From positions 1 through 57,759 of the forward strand of contig JABHKE010000023.1 in NCBI GenBank assembly GCA_018692355.1: 57,759 nucleotides of DNA. The letters are read 5' to 3'. Under the pieces are notes generated by a model. It searched no databases. It was not told the origin of the DNA and saw only the letters and a list, made by a program, of their open reading frames with translations. This document shows, piece after piece, positions 40,003-50,383 of this stretch (positions within the stretch are counted from its first letter, which is position 1; the number at the start of each line of letters is the position of its first letter). Position numbers and translations under genes: made by a program. The stretch is from Fidelibacterota bacterium. GTDB taxonomy: Bacteria > Fidelibacterota > Marinisomatia > Marinisomatales > UBA1611.

Positions 40003-43000
40003 ATGGTGCAAAACAAGAAAAAATACATACTCGGCATCAGTGCCGCCTTAATCCTATTTTTAATGATACTGTTACGAGCAGCAGTCTGGGGAGAGTTCAT
40101 TCAAAAAAAGCTTAATGAAAAGATAGCATCAACCGGTTGGTCTATCGATGTTGGATCATCATCCGGTAGCCTATTTGGAACAATGCGTCTTCAGAATATT
40201 TCTTTAAGTCATCAGGACGGTCCCCAAATCCAGATAAAAAAATCATCGATTAATTTTGGACATATTGCATCCTTCTTCGGAGAAATAACTTTCGATATCT
40301 TGAGTATTGAAGGGCTGACAACTGAATTTGATAAAACTTGGACAAAAATGGATTCATCAAAAATTGGAAGACAATCTATCAATATTCCATTTCATGTAAA
40401 ATCATTTTTTGTGTCAGGACAAATTATGTCAGCCTTCAATGAACAATTCTACAAAATGAATTTAAAAATTGGAGGTGAATTTGAAGGTGGGACTCGACCA
40501 ATATTAGTTTGTGATCTATTTCAATTATCCATTGAAGAGAATCCAAATATGTTTGTAAACCTTCGTAGTCTAGTTTTGGGATTTGATGGATCAGCCTTTT
40601 ATCTTAATAAGGTCACTGGTGATATTTTGGGGGTTCCTACCCGGGGTGAGATGATTTTTGATGATCAGCGCTCCTTATTGACAGGAAATATGAATATAAG
40701 TGAAATTAAAATTCCTGAAGAACTATTCAGCAAATTACCTCTTCAAAATAAATTTTCTACTTTTTCAGGTAATTTTGATTTTGAATCTGATTTGAAATAT
40801 TTCTCCGGAACTTTGGTTCTTGAAAATGACCTTGGATTGGACATGATGGGAGAATTTTTAATAGGAAGACAAAAACAAGCGTGGGTTATAAAGAAACTTC
40901 AATTAGCGGGAGAGATGTCCCAACTAAACATGAATGGTATTTGGCAGCCGAGTGAAGAAGTTAGTTGTACTCTGAATCTTATGAAATTGGATCTGAGTCG
41001 ATGGATGACTGATCAGGCCCCAACTCAATTATCAGGATTAGCTATAATTGACGCTGGATTAACAAAATCCGGTTCATTGGACCAAATTGATTTGATACTG
41101 GAAATAATCGAATCCAAATTATATGATGAGGGTGAAATATCCATTCAGGGGCAAGTATCCTACCAAGATAGTATAATTACAACTGTAGATCCTGTAATGG
41201 TTATGGTGGGGGATAGTTATCTTACCGTCAATGGGGAAGGGAATTTTAAGGATAATACTATCGATATTATGGCTGAATTGGAACAGGCTGATATTGAATT
41301 AGTGAATCAATTTTTACCAGGTAATTTTATGTCGGGCCGTGCAACAGGTAGTCTCAAGGTTCAAGGTGATTATTATTCGCCATCCGCTAATGCCGAATTG
41401 ATTTGTGATGATATAAAATTCGATGATTTTGAATTGAAATCACTTGAATTAAATTCTCAAATATCTATTTCAGATTCTTTGACATCCGGATTTGTTGATA
41501 TGAAAGCAGGTGCGGGATCATGGAGAGATAGATTCTTTGAAAATGGGACAGCCTATGCGACTCTTCGAAATGGTGAAGTAGATATTGAAAATTGCCATTT
41601 TACATCAGGGGAAGATTATTTCCAAGCGTCCGGTAAATATGATGGAATTAAACAGTATTCAATCAACCGATTACAAGCGTTGTATCACAACCATTTTCTT
41701 GTGAATGCCCGTCCTGTTACTTTTTCATTTCAAGACTCGATCTTGATAGTAGACCCATTTGTATTGCATATTAATGACGGCATGATGGAAGGAGTCATTA
41801 CCGGAGGTGACAAACCGGAAGGACGTTTCAAAATGTCTAATTTTGACGCGGAGATCCTGACACAATTCCTTAAAGATAAGCGCTTCCAAGTATCCGGAAT
41901 AGTTTTTGGTGAGGTTTGGTTACAATGGGTGAAAGATGGACTGGATATTGATGCGGACCTATCATTGAAAAATGGTCGATATATGGATGAACCCTTTGAT
42001 GAAATGACTCTTTCTTTCTTATTTAATAAAGGCATGCTTCATATGGATGATATTTCAATGACACGGGGTGAATCCATGGGACTTCAAGCCAATGGGATTC
42101 TACCCTTGGGTAAAAATCGTGTGGGGAAAACACCCATTTCCTTGAGATCAACTTTCTCTAATCTCTCCTTACAATTTATCCACAAATTTATTCCAAAATT
42201 TTTTACGCTAGGTGGTGAATTATCGGGTTCTTTTCATTTAAAAGGTATTCCTGCCAATACTCAATTCACTTATGATTTTGATGTTCAAAATGGATTATTT
42301 GATAGTATTGAATTAGGTCATGTATTCGGAAATGGATCATATGATGGTCGCAGAATTTTTGTGAAAAAAGTTGAGGCCACCCATCCTGATGGAAAAATAA
42401 CCGCTCAGGGGTCAGTTCCTTTTGATTTTAATATCAATTCACCCAGTATTGGCCGATTATTCCCAGGAGATTCATTGGATTTTCATGCATTGGCACAAAT
42501 GGGATCACTGCCATTTCTAACGCCATATATCGAGGATTTGGATTCAGTGCGTGGAGACATGGACATATCTTTATCCTTAACTGGCCCTGTAGAATCGATT
42601 CAAAGAAGCGGTCATATTAAAGTGAAAAATGGAAAAATCTATACCCTCTTGACCACTGATCCAGCAACATCGGTTGAAGGTGAAGCCTTTTTGAACCATA
42701 ATCAATTAGTAATACAAGACCTGGTGACAACACTTTATCATTCAAATGGAAAATATCCAAAACCAAAAAAGCAGAATACAACTTTGTCAGGTTCTATAGA
42801 TTTCACCCAGTTTTTTAATCCTGGTTACGATTTGCATCTAAAAGGGAAAGAAGCATCTTTTAAGGCGCTTTACTTGGATATCACAGGACAAAGTAATGTG
42901 GATGTAACTATTTCCGGGCGGGACACAATCATAATCGCCGGTACAATTGAATCTTTGGATGCAAATATATTTTATGAATTTACTACAGAAGAAATGGGTA

Positions 43001-43779
43001 CAGCTCTTCCTCGAGAGACTGGTACTGTCATGTCCTACCAACTCAATATTCCTATCCGGGGAACTGCATTATTTCAGAATTCCCAGATCGATGCAGTGGT
43101 GACCGGTGAAATGAGTATATCCCAAATTGGACATCAGGAAATGGATTTTGGGGGTGAAATCTTTGTAGAAGATGGGAGTGTTTTCTCTTACAAGGATAAT
43201 TTCAAGGGGCTTCAGGGATATGTGAGTTTTGACAACAAAGGATTCAATCCATTATTTGATGTAAATGCCTTCACAATGATTGACGATGAACGGATAAATC
43301 TCCGTATCAATGGTGGGATAGATGATTTAGATATAATGTTGGAATCCGCCAGTGGATTTTCTGAAAGTGATATTTTAGAATTATTGACTTGGGGAAAACG
43401 ATTTGAAGATCAGGAATTAACATCAACTGGTTTCGGGAATCAAACTGTATCCGTTCTTGGATCATTATTAGAGCATCAATTTGAAAAAAACTTGAAAGAT
43501 TCTGAATTTGGTAAATTGGGGTTGGTGGATGATATTGCTATATCGGGTGCTGCCGGATTACTTCAAGGTGCTGATGAAGATTTTGAAGTCACAGCAAAAA
43601 GACAAATAGGTGATAAAACTTTCTTAAATTTATCGTATAAAAGGTCCTTTTCATTAACAAATCCGAACCAATCACAGATTGGTGTAGAGTATAAATTAAA
43701 CCGACATTTTTCTGTGGTAGGGAACATAGATGAATATGGAAATTTAAACCTAAAATATCGTTACCGATACGCTTATTAA
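40003..43779 (+). CDS. tamB: Translocation and assembly module protein TamB-like (AsmA/DUF490 family)
   Basis: 1258 aa with an N-terminal TM anchor, a long beta-rich repetitive body and a DUF490-like C-terminus ending in an aromatic residue. Immediately upstream of an Omp85 gene. Confidence 0.8.
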   Translation: MVQNKKKYILGISAALILFLMILLRAAVWGEFIQKKLNEKIASTGWSIDVGSSSGSLFGTMRLQNISLSHQDGPQIQIKKSSINFGHIASFFGEITFDILSIEGLTTEFDKTWTKMDSSKIGRQSINIPFHVKSFFVSGQIMSAFNEQFYKMNLKIGGEFEGGTRPILVCDLFQLSIEENPNMFVNLRSLVLGFDGSAFYLNKVTGDILGVPTRGEMIFDDQRSLLTGNMNISEIKIPEELFSKLPLQNKFSTFSGNFDFESDLKYFSGTLVLENDLGLDMMGEFLIGRQKQAWVIKKLQLAGEMSQLNMNGIWQPSEEVSCTLNLMKLDLSRWMTDQAPTQLSGLAIIDAGLTKSGSLDQIDLILEIIESKLYDEGEISIQGQVSYQDSIITTVDPVMVMVGDSYLTVNGEGNFKDNTIDIMAELEQADIELVNQFLPGNFMSGRATGSLKVQGDYYSPSANAELICDDIKFDDFELKSLELNSQISISDSLTSGFVDMKAGAGSWRDRFFENGTAYATLRNGEVDIENCHFTSGEDYFQASGKYDGIKQYSINRLQALYHNHFLVNARPVTFSFQDSILIVDPFVLHINDGMMEGVITGGDKPEGRFKMSNFDAEILTQFLKDKRFQVSGIVFGEVWLQWVKDGLDIDADLSLKNGRYMDEPFDEMTLSFLFNKGMLHMDDISMTRGESMGLQANGILPLGKNRVGKTPISLRSTFSNLSLQFIHKFIPKFFTLGGELSGSFHLKGIPANTQFTYDFDVQNGLFDSIELGHVFGNGSYDGRRIFVKKVEATHPDGKITAQGSVPFDFNINSPSIGRLFPGDSLDFHALAQMGSLPFLTPYIEDLDSVRGDMDISLSLTGPVESIQRSGHIKVKNGKIYTLLTTDPATSVEGEAFLNHNQLVIQDLVTTLYHSNGKYPKPKKQNTTLSGSIDFTQFFNPGYDLHLKGKEASFKALYLDITGQSNVDVTISGRDTIIIAGTIESLDANIFYEFTTEEMGTALPRETGTVMSYQLNIPIRGTALFQNSQIDAVVTGEMSISQIGHQEMDFGGEIFVEDGSVFSYKDNFKGLQGYVSFDNKGFNPLFDVNAFTMIDDERINLRINGGIDDLDIMLESASGFSESDILELLTWGKRFEDQELTSTGFGNQTVSVLGSLLEHQFEKNLKDSEFGKLGLVDDIAISGAAGLLQGADEDFEVTAKRQIGDKTFLNLSYKRSFSLTNPNQSQIGVEYKLNRHFSVVGNIDEYGNLNLKYRYRYAY

Positions 43780-43786
43780 GTAATAC

Positions 43787-45571
43787 GTGAAAACACTATA
43801 CACTATTTTTTTATGCCTTCTGGCATGGACGGGTGCTGTGCGCTCGCAATCCGATGATATTATAATCAAAACAGTCAATTTGATAGGAAATGAGCACGTT
43901 TCCATGAATGATGTAATGTATATCATTCGTCAACGTCCACCTAATTGGTTTGTCCGCCAACCTGAATTTGATTCTCGTCTTTTAAAACTCGATGCGCTGA
44001 CTTTAAAAAGTTTTTACCATTCTAAGGGTTTCCTGGATGCCAAACTGGAAGAATCTTATTCCATTGAAAACAATTTTGCTAATATCGTTTATAATATAGA
44101 AGAGGGGAAACAGTATTTCATTAGAAAAATTTCTATTACTGGCAATCATTCAATTTCGGAGAAAAAAATAATAAAACTGCTGGGCCTAGACAAGAGAAAA
44201 CCATACAACCCAGTTTTCATTAATGATAATTTATACGCTGTTGAAAATGAGTATCATCAAATTGGGAAATTATTTTTTACTATCAATGTTCTGGATGATA
44301 TTACTGATTCGGTAAAAGTAAATATCCAAATCTCGGAGGGCAAGGATGTTAGGATCAAAAATACATATTTAGAGAAACTAGGAGGAATAGATAGTACATT
44401 AGTTTGGCGAGAATTGTCTTATAAACCTGGAAGTATTTATTCAAAAAATACCATGGATAATACAACAAGGCGACTTCGTGAAATGGGCATATTTTCTATG
44501 GTAAATATGATTCCTATTAAAGTTGCAGATACAGATTCTTTGGTGAATATGGTTATAGAATTCCGCCGATATAAACAACGGGAATGGATTTCAGATGGCG
44601 GATATGATCCTATTCAATTTGCTGAAGGTACCGAACCTTTACCCGCCATAAGTGGAACAGTAGAATGGCGGAATCGATCCTTTTTTAACACACCAACTCA
44701 ATTCTCCACGAAACTATTAGCCGGTGTGCCGATGGAAGAACAATTTGTACTTCCCCGTCTCAGATATGATGTGAGTTTTGCTAGCAGTTGGTTTATGGGA
44801 ATACGTTTCCCATCGAAGCTCACTGGATTTTATGAAACATTCATCGAATACAAAGACAAGGTTGAAACGATAGAACGATTTGGCATCAACCTTTCACAAC
44901 TTATCCGATTTGACAAACGCTCCTATTTTGAAACTAAATCAGTATGGGAATCTTTTAGTGACCAATCAGCAACAGAGAAGAATATTGAGCAAAGGTCCTT
45001 TGCGTTAAAGATTAATATTGATAAAAAAGATGATCCACTTTTTACTCAAAAAGGATATTTGTTATCCGGATTATTCAAATCAGCAGGGTATGTCTTAGGG
45101 GGTAATCGGGATTATTTTAAAGTAGACCTTGCAATTCAATACTATACGCCAATTGGAAAAAAATCCGTTTTTGCAACCCGTATTAAACTTGGCCGGTTAT
45201 GGGGATGGGATTCTAAGTTTAATGATTACAGTTATGAAAAATTTTATCTTGGAGGAAGTACATCTATGCGGGGATGGGAAGTTCTAAAGTTTAAAAAAGA
45301 AAATGGTAAACCCGTCGGGGAGATTATTCGTTTTATGACCAATGTGGAATACAGATTTCCTTTTTATAAATCGTTTGGGTTTACTATTTTTGCTGATGGT
45401 GGTTTATTGGCAGACCCTACAAAGAACAATTCATCTGATTCATTGGAATGGGACTCAGGAATTGGTCTCACTATACTAACTCCTTTAGGTCCCGCTCGTT
45501 TGGATTATGCAATTCAAGTAAATGATCCGGGAAAAAGAAAAATACAATTAGGCGTTCAAAATTTATTTTGA
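43787..45571 (+). CDS. Omp85-family outer membrane protein (TamA-like, POTRA plus beta-barrel)
   Basis: 594 aa with a signal peptide, POTRA-like repeats and a C-terminal barrel ending ...GVQNLF. GTG start. Confidence 0.8.
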   Translation: MKTLYTIFLCLLAWTGAVRSQSDDIIIKTVNLIGNEHVSMNDVMYIIRQRPPNWFVRQPEFDSRLLKLDALTLKSFYHSKGFLDAKLEESYSIENNFANIVYNIEEGKQYFIRKISITGNHSISEKKIIKLLGLDKRKPYNPVFINDNLYAVENEYHQIGKLFFTINVLDDITDSVKVNIQISEGKDVRIKNTYLEKLGGIDSTLVWRELSYKPGSIYSKNTMDNTTRRLREMGIFSMVNMIPIKVADTDSLVNMVIEFRRYKQREWISDGGYDPIQFAEGTEPLPAISGTVEWRNRSFFNTPTQFSTKLLAGVPMEEQFVLPRLRYDVSFASSWFMGIRFPSKLTGFYETFIEYKDKVETIERFGINLSQLIRFDKRSYFETKSVWESFSDQSATEKNIEQRSFALKINIDKKDDPLFTQKGYLLSGLFKSAGYVLGGNRDYFKVDLAIQYYTPIGKKSVFATRIKLGRLWGWDSKFNDYSYEKFYLGGSTSMRGWEVLKFKKENGKPVGEIIRFMTNVEYRFPFYKSFGFTIFADGGLLADPTKNNSSDSLEWDSGIGLTILTPLGPARLDYAIQVNDPGKRKIQLGVQNLF

Positions 45572-45685
45572 TAAGAAAGATAAAATTGGAACAGAAATTG
45601 GCTAGATGCATTAAATCATGACCAAACACTTTTCAGGATGATGAACAGGTATTAATTTCCGCCGCTTAAAAACTACAGGAACACA

Positions 45686-46420
45686 ATGAAAACTAAACTT
45701 ATTATATCATTATTAGGATTATTACTAATCGCAGGTTGCTCTAAAACAGCTAGTGAACTTTTTGAATTATCAAATGAAAACTTAAAAGATAAAAAAACAG
45801 ATCAGGCCATTGAGGATTTAGAAACACTCGTGACCAAATATCCACAAGATAGTTTGGCATCCCAAGCTCAATATAAGCTGGCTTCCATTAATTTGAATTG
45901 GAAAAACGAGCTTGCTTCTGGGTATGCGGCACTCCAAGCTACTGTAAATAATTATGGGGGTTCAATTCAAGCCATCCAAGCTCAAAAAGAGATTGACCAG
46001 TTCCCTGAATATATCTTGAATAAGGCTGAATCGCTTAGGAAACGGAAAATGGTGAAAGAAGCCGTGGAACACCTCATGTATATGACAGAGAAATATACCC
46101 AGCATGAACTGGCTCCAAAAGGGCAGTATATGTTGGGTGACCTTTATATGAATGAATTCCGTGATTTTCCAATAGCAATCCAGGAATATCGGAAAGTTAT
46201 CGAGAATTTTGCAGGTTCATCGCAGGAAGCACATGCCCTTTTCATGATAGGTTATATTTATGCGAATGTTGTGAATGACCCTAAAAGTGCAGAAATTGAA
46301 TATGGCGAATTTTTAAAAAGATTTCCAAACCATGAGTTGGCTCCCTCGGTCAAATTTGAAATTGAATTTCTTGGTAAGGGGATTGAAGAAATTCCAGCCT
46401 TGAAGCACATTACATCGTAA
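45686..46420 (+). CDS. TPR-repeat lipoprotein (BamD/YbgF-like)
   Basis: Lipobox LLIAGCS. Repeated ...YP.(D/H).LA..AQY.L... units, as in BamD/YbgF-type proteins. Confidence 0.55.
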   Translation: MKTKLIISLLGLLLIAGCSKTASELFELSNENLKDKKTDQAIEDLETLVTKYPQDSLASQAQYKLASINLNWKNELASGYAALQATVNNYGGSIQAIQAQKEIDQFPEYILNKAESLRKRKMVKEAVEHLMYMTEKYTQHELAPKGQYMLGDLYMNEFRDFPIAIQEYRKVIENFAGSSQEAHALFMIGYIYANVVNDPKSAEIEYGEFLKRFPNHELAPSVKFEIEFLGKGIEEIPALKHITS

Positions 46421-46433
46421 TCCAAGCAAGATT

Positions 46434-47429
46434 ATGAGCGATTTTAGTTTGACAGAGATTAATGAAAAGATCTCGAAAACGTCAGTATTTGTAGATGAAT
46501 TAAAAAAGAGTATGGCCCAAGTGGTCGTTGGTCAGGATGTATTAATCAACAAAATTCTGATAGCAATGTTAGCAAATGGACATATCCTATTGGAAGGTGT
46601 TCCAGGTTTGGCAAAAACCCTTACAGTCAATACCTTAGCAAAACTCATTTCTACGAAATTTCAACGCATCCAATTTACACCGGACATGTTGCCAGCTGAT
46701 TTATTAGGAACTTTAATTTATAATCAGAAGACAGGGGAATTTGATACACGAAAAGGCCCCATTTTTTCTAATATTATTTTAGCAGATGAAATTAATCGGT
46801 CACCTGCAAAAGTTCAAAGTGCCTTACTCGAAGCTATGCAGGAACGGCAAGTAACCATCGGTGAAAATACATTTAAACTAGATTCACCATTCCTTGTTAT
46901 GGGAACTCAAAATCCGATCGAGCAGGAGGGGACTTACCCATTACCAGAAGCACAAGTAGATCGTTTTATGTTCAAACTTATTGTGGATTATCCTGATCAT
47001 GATTCTGAAAGAATGATTTTACGCCAAAATACTAAAAAGGTGAATATTGATAATTTGGCGGCAGTTGTTTCCAGCCAGGAAATCCTGGATGCGCAATCTG
47101 TGATTCTTGACATTTATGTAGATGAAAAAGTCGAAGATTATGTTTTAAACCTAGTCTTCGCTACACGGAATCCCGCTGAAAACGGCTTAAATGATTTGGA
47201 AGGTATAATCGATTATGGAGCTTCACCGAGAGCAACCATCAATTTAGTTCGTGCAGCAAAAGCACGGGCATTTACTGAACATCGTGGTTACATCACACCT
47301 GAAGATATTCGTTATATTGGTGCTGATGTTTTACGCCACCGCGTAATCTTGACCTATGAAGCAGAAGCTGAAGAATTGACATCGGAAGATGTGATACAAC
47401 GATTGTTTGAAGTTGTAGAAGTTCCTTAA
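46434..47429 (+). CDS. MoxR-family AAA+ ATPase
   Basis: 331 aa with Walker A GVPGLAKT and Walker B ILADEINR. Followed by a DUF58 gene, the classic pairing. Confidence 0.9.
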   Translation: MSDFSLTEINEKISKTSVFVDELKKSMAQVVVGQDVLINKILIAMLANGHILLEGVPGLAKTLTVNTLAKLISTKFQRIQFTPDMLPADLLGTLIYNQKTGEFDTRKGPIFSNIILADEINRSPAKVQSALLEAMQERQVTIGENTFKLDSPFLVMGTQNPIEQEGTYPLPEAQVDRFMFKLIVDYPDHDSERMILRQNTKKVNIDNLAAVVSSQEILDAQSVILDIYVDEKVEDYVLNLVFATRNPAENGLNDLEGIIDYGASPRATINLVRAAKARAFTEHRGYITPEDIRYIGADVLRHRVILTYEAEAEELTSEDVIQRLFEVVEVP

Positions 47430-47435
47430 ATATCC

Positions 47436-48311
47436 ATGATTCCCCGTCAGATCCTGAAAAAGGTGAAGCAGATCGAGATCCGCACTCGGGGTCTTGTGAA
47501 TGATTTATTTGGCGGTGAATACCATTCCGTATTTAAAGGGCGTGGTATGACATTTTCTGAAGTCCGTGAATATCAGCCCGGCGATGATATCCGCCTTATC
47601 GATTGGAATGTAACTGCACGAACCGGGTCTCCATTCATTAAAGTATTTGAAGAAGAACGGGAATTGACCGTATATCTCTTGGTGGATATTTCTGCATCGG
47701 GCGAATTTGGATCAGGCCAACAATTAAAGCGAGAAGTGGGTGCTGAAATTGCCGCTGTCTTAGGATTTTCAGCTATAAAGAATAATGATAAAGTTGGATT
47801 AATCCTTTTTTCAGATGAAATAGAAAAATATGTTGTCCCGAAAAAAGGAAAAAGCCATGTACTCCGCGTTGTTAGGGAACTCCTTTATACTGAACCACAG
47901 CGAACAGGTACATCTATAAAATGTGCCTTGGATTATCTCTTGAAAGTTGCAAAACGGAAAAGTGTGGTTTTCATCATTTCTGACTTTTTAGATCAAGATT
48001 ATTGGTCATCCTTGAAAGTGGTAAACAGAAAACATGATGTAATTGGCATTCGGCTCTATGATCATGCAGAAACAGACATGCCCGATATGGGATTGGCAAA
48101 AGTGGAAGATCCGGAAACGGGAGAATCCTTTTGGGTGGATACATCGTCCAAAGATGCGCGAACGCGATTGAAAAAAGAGATCCAGATTCGTCAGGAGATA
48201 TTTCAAAAAGATACTCGTAAAATTGGATTCGATCTGATTCCAATTTCAACAAATCAAGATTTTGTTGAACCACTCATGTCATTTTTTCGAATGAGAGAAA
48301 AACGATACTGA
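47436..48311 (+). CDS. DUF58 domain protein (vWA-like, MoxR partner)
   Basis: 291 aa with the motif EYQPGDDIRLIDWNVTAR typical of DUF58. Confidence 0.85.
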   Translation: MIPRQILKKVKQIEIRTRGLVNDLFGGEYHSVFKGRGMTFSEVREYQPGDDIRLIDWNVTARTGSPFIKVFEEERELTVYLLVDISASGEFGSGQQLKREVGAEIAAVLGFSAIKNNDKVGLILFSDEIEKYVVPKKGKSHVLRVVRELLYTEPQRTGTSIKCALDYLLKVAKRKSVVFIISDFLDQDYWSSLKVVNRKHDVIGIRLYDHAETDMPDMGLAKVEDPETGESFWVDTSSKDARTRLKKEIQIRQEIFQKDTRKIGFDLIPISTNQDFVEPLMSFFRMREKRY

Positions 48312-49171
48312 TGCGTACATTTTTTATTTTTCTCTTTTTATCAATTCTTTTTTCCCAAAGTCTTTCCATCGTTTCTGAGTTGGATACAACTCAAGGATTT
48401 ATTGGTGATATATTTCAATGGACAATTAAAGTAGAAGAGCAGAATGATCAAGCCATTCGTTTTCCGGAATTAGAAATGACCAATGATACAATTTCGATTC
48501 GAAATCAAACACTGATACATGAGAATGGGAAATTAATTGGAATTGAATTTGAGATCGTGGCTTGGGATACTGGATACTTTATCACACCAGATTATGCTTT
48601 AGAAATTTTAAAAATAGATGGAACAAGAGATTATTATATTTCAGCAAATCCAATCCAATTTTCTGTTGGATCAATCTTGAATTTATCAGAGAATACAGAA
48701 TACCGTCCTTTAAAAGGACCCGTTTCTGTAAAAGGCGTTTTCCCTCTAAGAACCGTATTATTGAGCATTGTATTATTCGCTATGTTGGGAAGTATGATTT
48801 GGACTTGGAAGCAAAGACAAGACATCCAATTTCAGAAACTAGATTATACAATTAATGAATCTCCTGAAGATCGCGCAAAGCGCCGTTTAAGGGATTTGGA
48901 TATGAATGGTCTATCCAAAGATTATTATGCGGACCTTTCTCATATATCACGAGAATTTATAGAAACAAAATACTTCATCCGGACTATGGAAATGACCACG
49001 GAAGAGATCAATCAATTTCGATTCTTGATTCCCTTGAAAGATGAGATATTTTCCGAATGGGCCCAGTTTCTTTCAGAGGCAGATATGGTGAAATATGCTC
49101 GGGAAACTCCATCTCCGGAGAAAATGTCTACCGATAAAAAATTGATTTCTTCTCTAATTTCTCAAGTATAG
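48311..49171 (+). CDS. Membrane protein, BatD-like N-terminal domain plus DUF4381-like C-terminal domain
   Basis: 286 aa with a signal peptide, a beta-rich ectodomain, a central TM helix (LLSIVLFAMLGSMIW) and a helical cytoplasmic tail (AKRRLRDLD...YYADLSHISREFIETKY). Its position after moxR-DUF58 resembles Bat-type operons. Confidence 0.45.
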   Translation: MRTFFIFLFLSILFSQSLSIVSELDTTQGFIGDIFQWTIKVEEQNDQAIRFPELEMTNDTISIRNQTLIHENGKLIGIEFEIVAWDTGYFITPDYALEILKIDGTRDYYISANPIQFSVGSILNLSENTEYRPLKGPVSVKGVFPLRTVLLSIVLFAMLGSMIWTWKQRQDIQFQKLDYTINESPEDRAKRRLRDLDMNGLSKDYYADLSHISREFIETKYFIRTMEMTTEEINQFRFLIPLKDEIFSEWAQFLSEADMVKYARETPSPEKMSTDKKLISSLISQV

Positions 49172-49336
49172 CAACTTTTTGGTTCATTAAATCTCATTTC
49201 CTATTGTATAGTACTTTATGTATAATTAGAGTAGCCTTTTAGGGAGAATCTTAGGGAAGATAAAATCCGTTCATTTGAACACAAGAAGTCCCATCGTAAA
49301 TTTCAGGCTAAGTTTTATAATTAATTAAGGAGAACC

Positions 49337-49900
49337 ATGGCAACCACATCAGATATTCGAAACGGAGCTGTCATCATACACAAGCACAAACGCATGAAAG
49401 TTATGGAATTCCAGCATGTAAAACCGGGCAAAGGCGGTGCCTTTGTTCGCACTAAATTAAAAGATATCCAATCAGGAAAGATTTTTGATGAAACATTTAA
49501 TGCTGGCCGTAAACTTGAATTCATTCGTGTGGAAGCGAAAACTATGCAGTTCCTATACGATGATGGTGAATCGTTTGTGTTTATGGACAATGAAACCTAT
49601 GATCAACTCAATATCCCAGCAGAATCTGTGGGCGGTGGCAAAAACTTTATGATTGGTGGTATGAACGTGGATTTGCTTTTTGATGGATCGGAAGTGTTGG
49701 ATATTCGTATGCCATCTCATGTTGTATTAGAAGTAACTAAAACAGAACCGGGATTTAGAGGAAATACAGCACAAGGTGCAAACAAACCGGCTACTGTTGA
49801 AACAGGATATACTTTAAATGTCCCACTTTTTATTGATGAAGGAGATAAACTTAAAATTGACACCCGTAACGGTGAATATGTAGAACGTTCAAAAGAATAA
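49337..49900 (+). CDS. efp: Elongation factor P
   Basis: 187 aa with the KPGKGGAFVRTKLK loop. RBS AAGGAGAA upstream. Confidence 0.95.
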   Translation: MATTSDIRNGAVIIHKHKRMKVMEFQHVKPGKGGAFVRTKLKDIQSGKIFDETFNAGRKLEFIRVEAKTMQFLYDDGESFVFMDNETYDQLNIPAESVGGGKNFMIGGMNVDLLFDGSEVLDIRMPSHVVLEVTKTEPGFRGNTAQGANKPATVETGYTLNVPLFIDEGDKLKIDTRNGEYVERSKE

Positions 49901-49918
49901 GATTGATTAGGAGTATTT

Positions 49919-50377
49919 ATGTGGCAGGATAAATTAAAAGAGATTATTTACATTCTTGAAAATTCAAATGTGAATGAAATTGAAGTCAACTTTTGGGGAA
50001 GGAAATACCGAGTATCAAAATCTGGAAGTTTAACAGCAACTTCAGCAGTTACGCCCCTACAGACCTCTGAGCCATTATTGGCTCAATCAGAAACAGATGA
50101 CCCCCAGCAAGCGGAGGCTGTCGAATCTGTAGCTAAAGGAGAAGACCTATTTTCTCCAATGCCTGGCACCTTTTATTCTTCAGCAACTCCAGATGATCCA
50201 CCATTTGTTGCTAAAGGAGATTCAGTGAAAAAAGGTCAAACACTTTGTATCATTGAGGCCATGAAAATAATGAACGAGATCGAAGCAGAATTTGATGGTA
50301 CGATTATTGAAGTTATGGCTGGGAATGGAGACCCTGTAGAGTATAATCAATCGTTGTTTATTATTAATCCCGCATAG
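49919..50377 (+). CDS. accB: Acetyl-CoA carboxylase biotin carboxyl carrier protein
   Basis: 152 aa with the biotinylation motif EAMKIMNEI. Confidence 0.92.
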   Translation: MWQDKLKEIIYILENSNVNEIEVNFWGRKYRVSKSGSLTATSAVTPLQTSEPLLAQSETDDPQQAEAVESVAKGEDLFSPMPGTFYSSATPDDPPFVAKGDSVKKGQTLCIIEAMKIMNEIEAEFDGTIIEVMAGNGDPVEYNQSLFIINPA

Positions 50378-50383
50378 ACCCAC

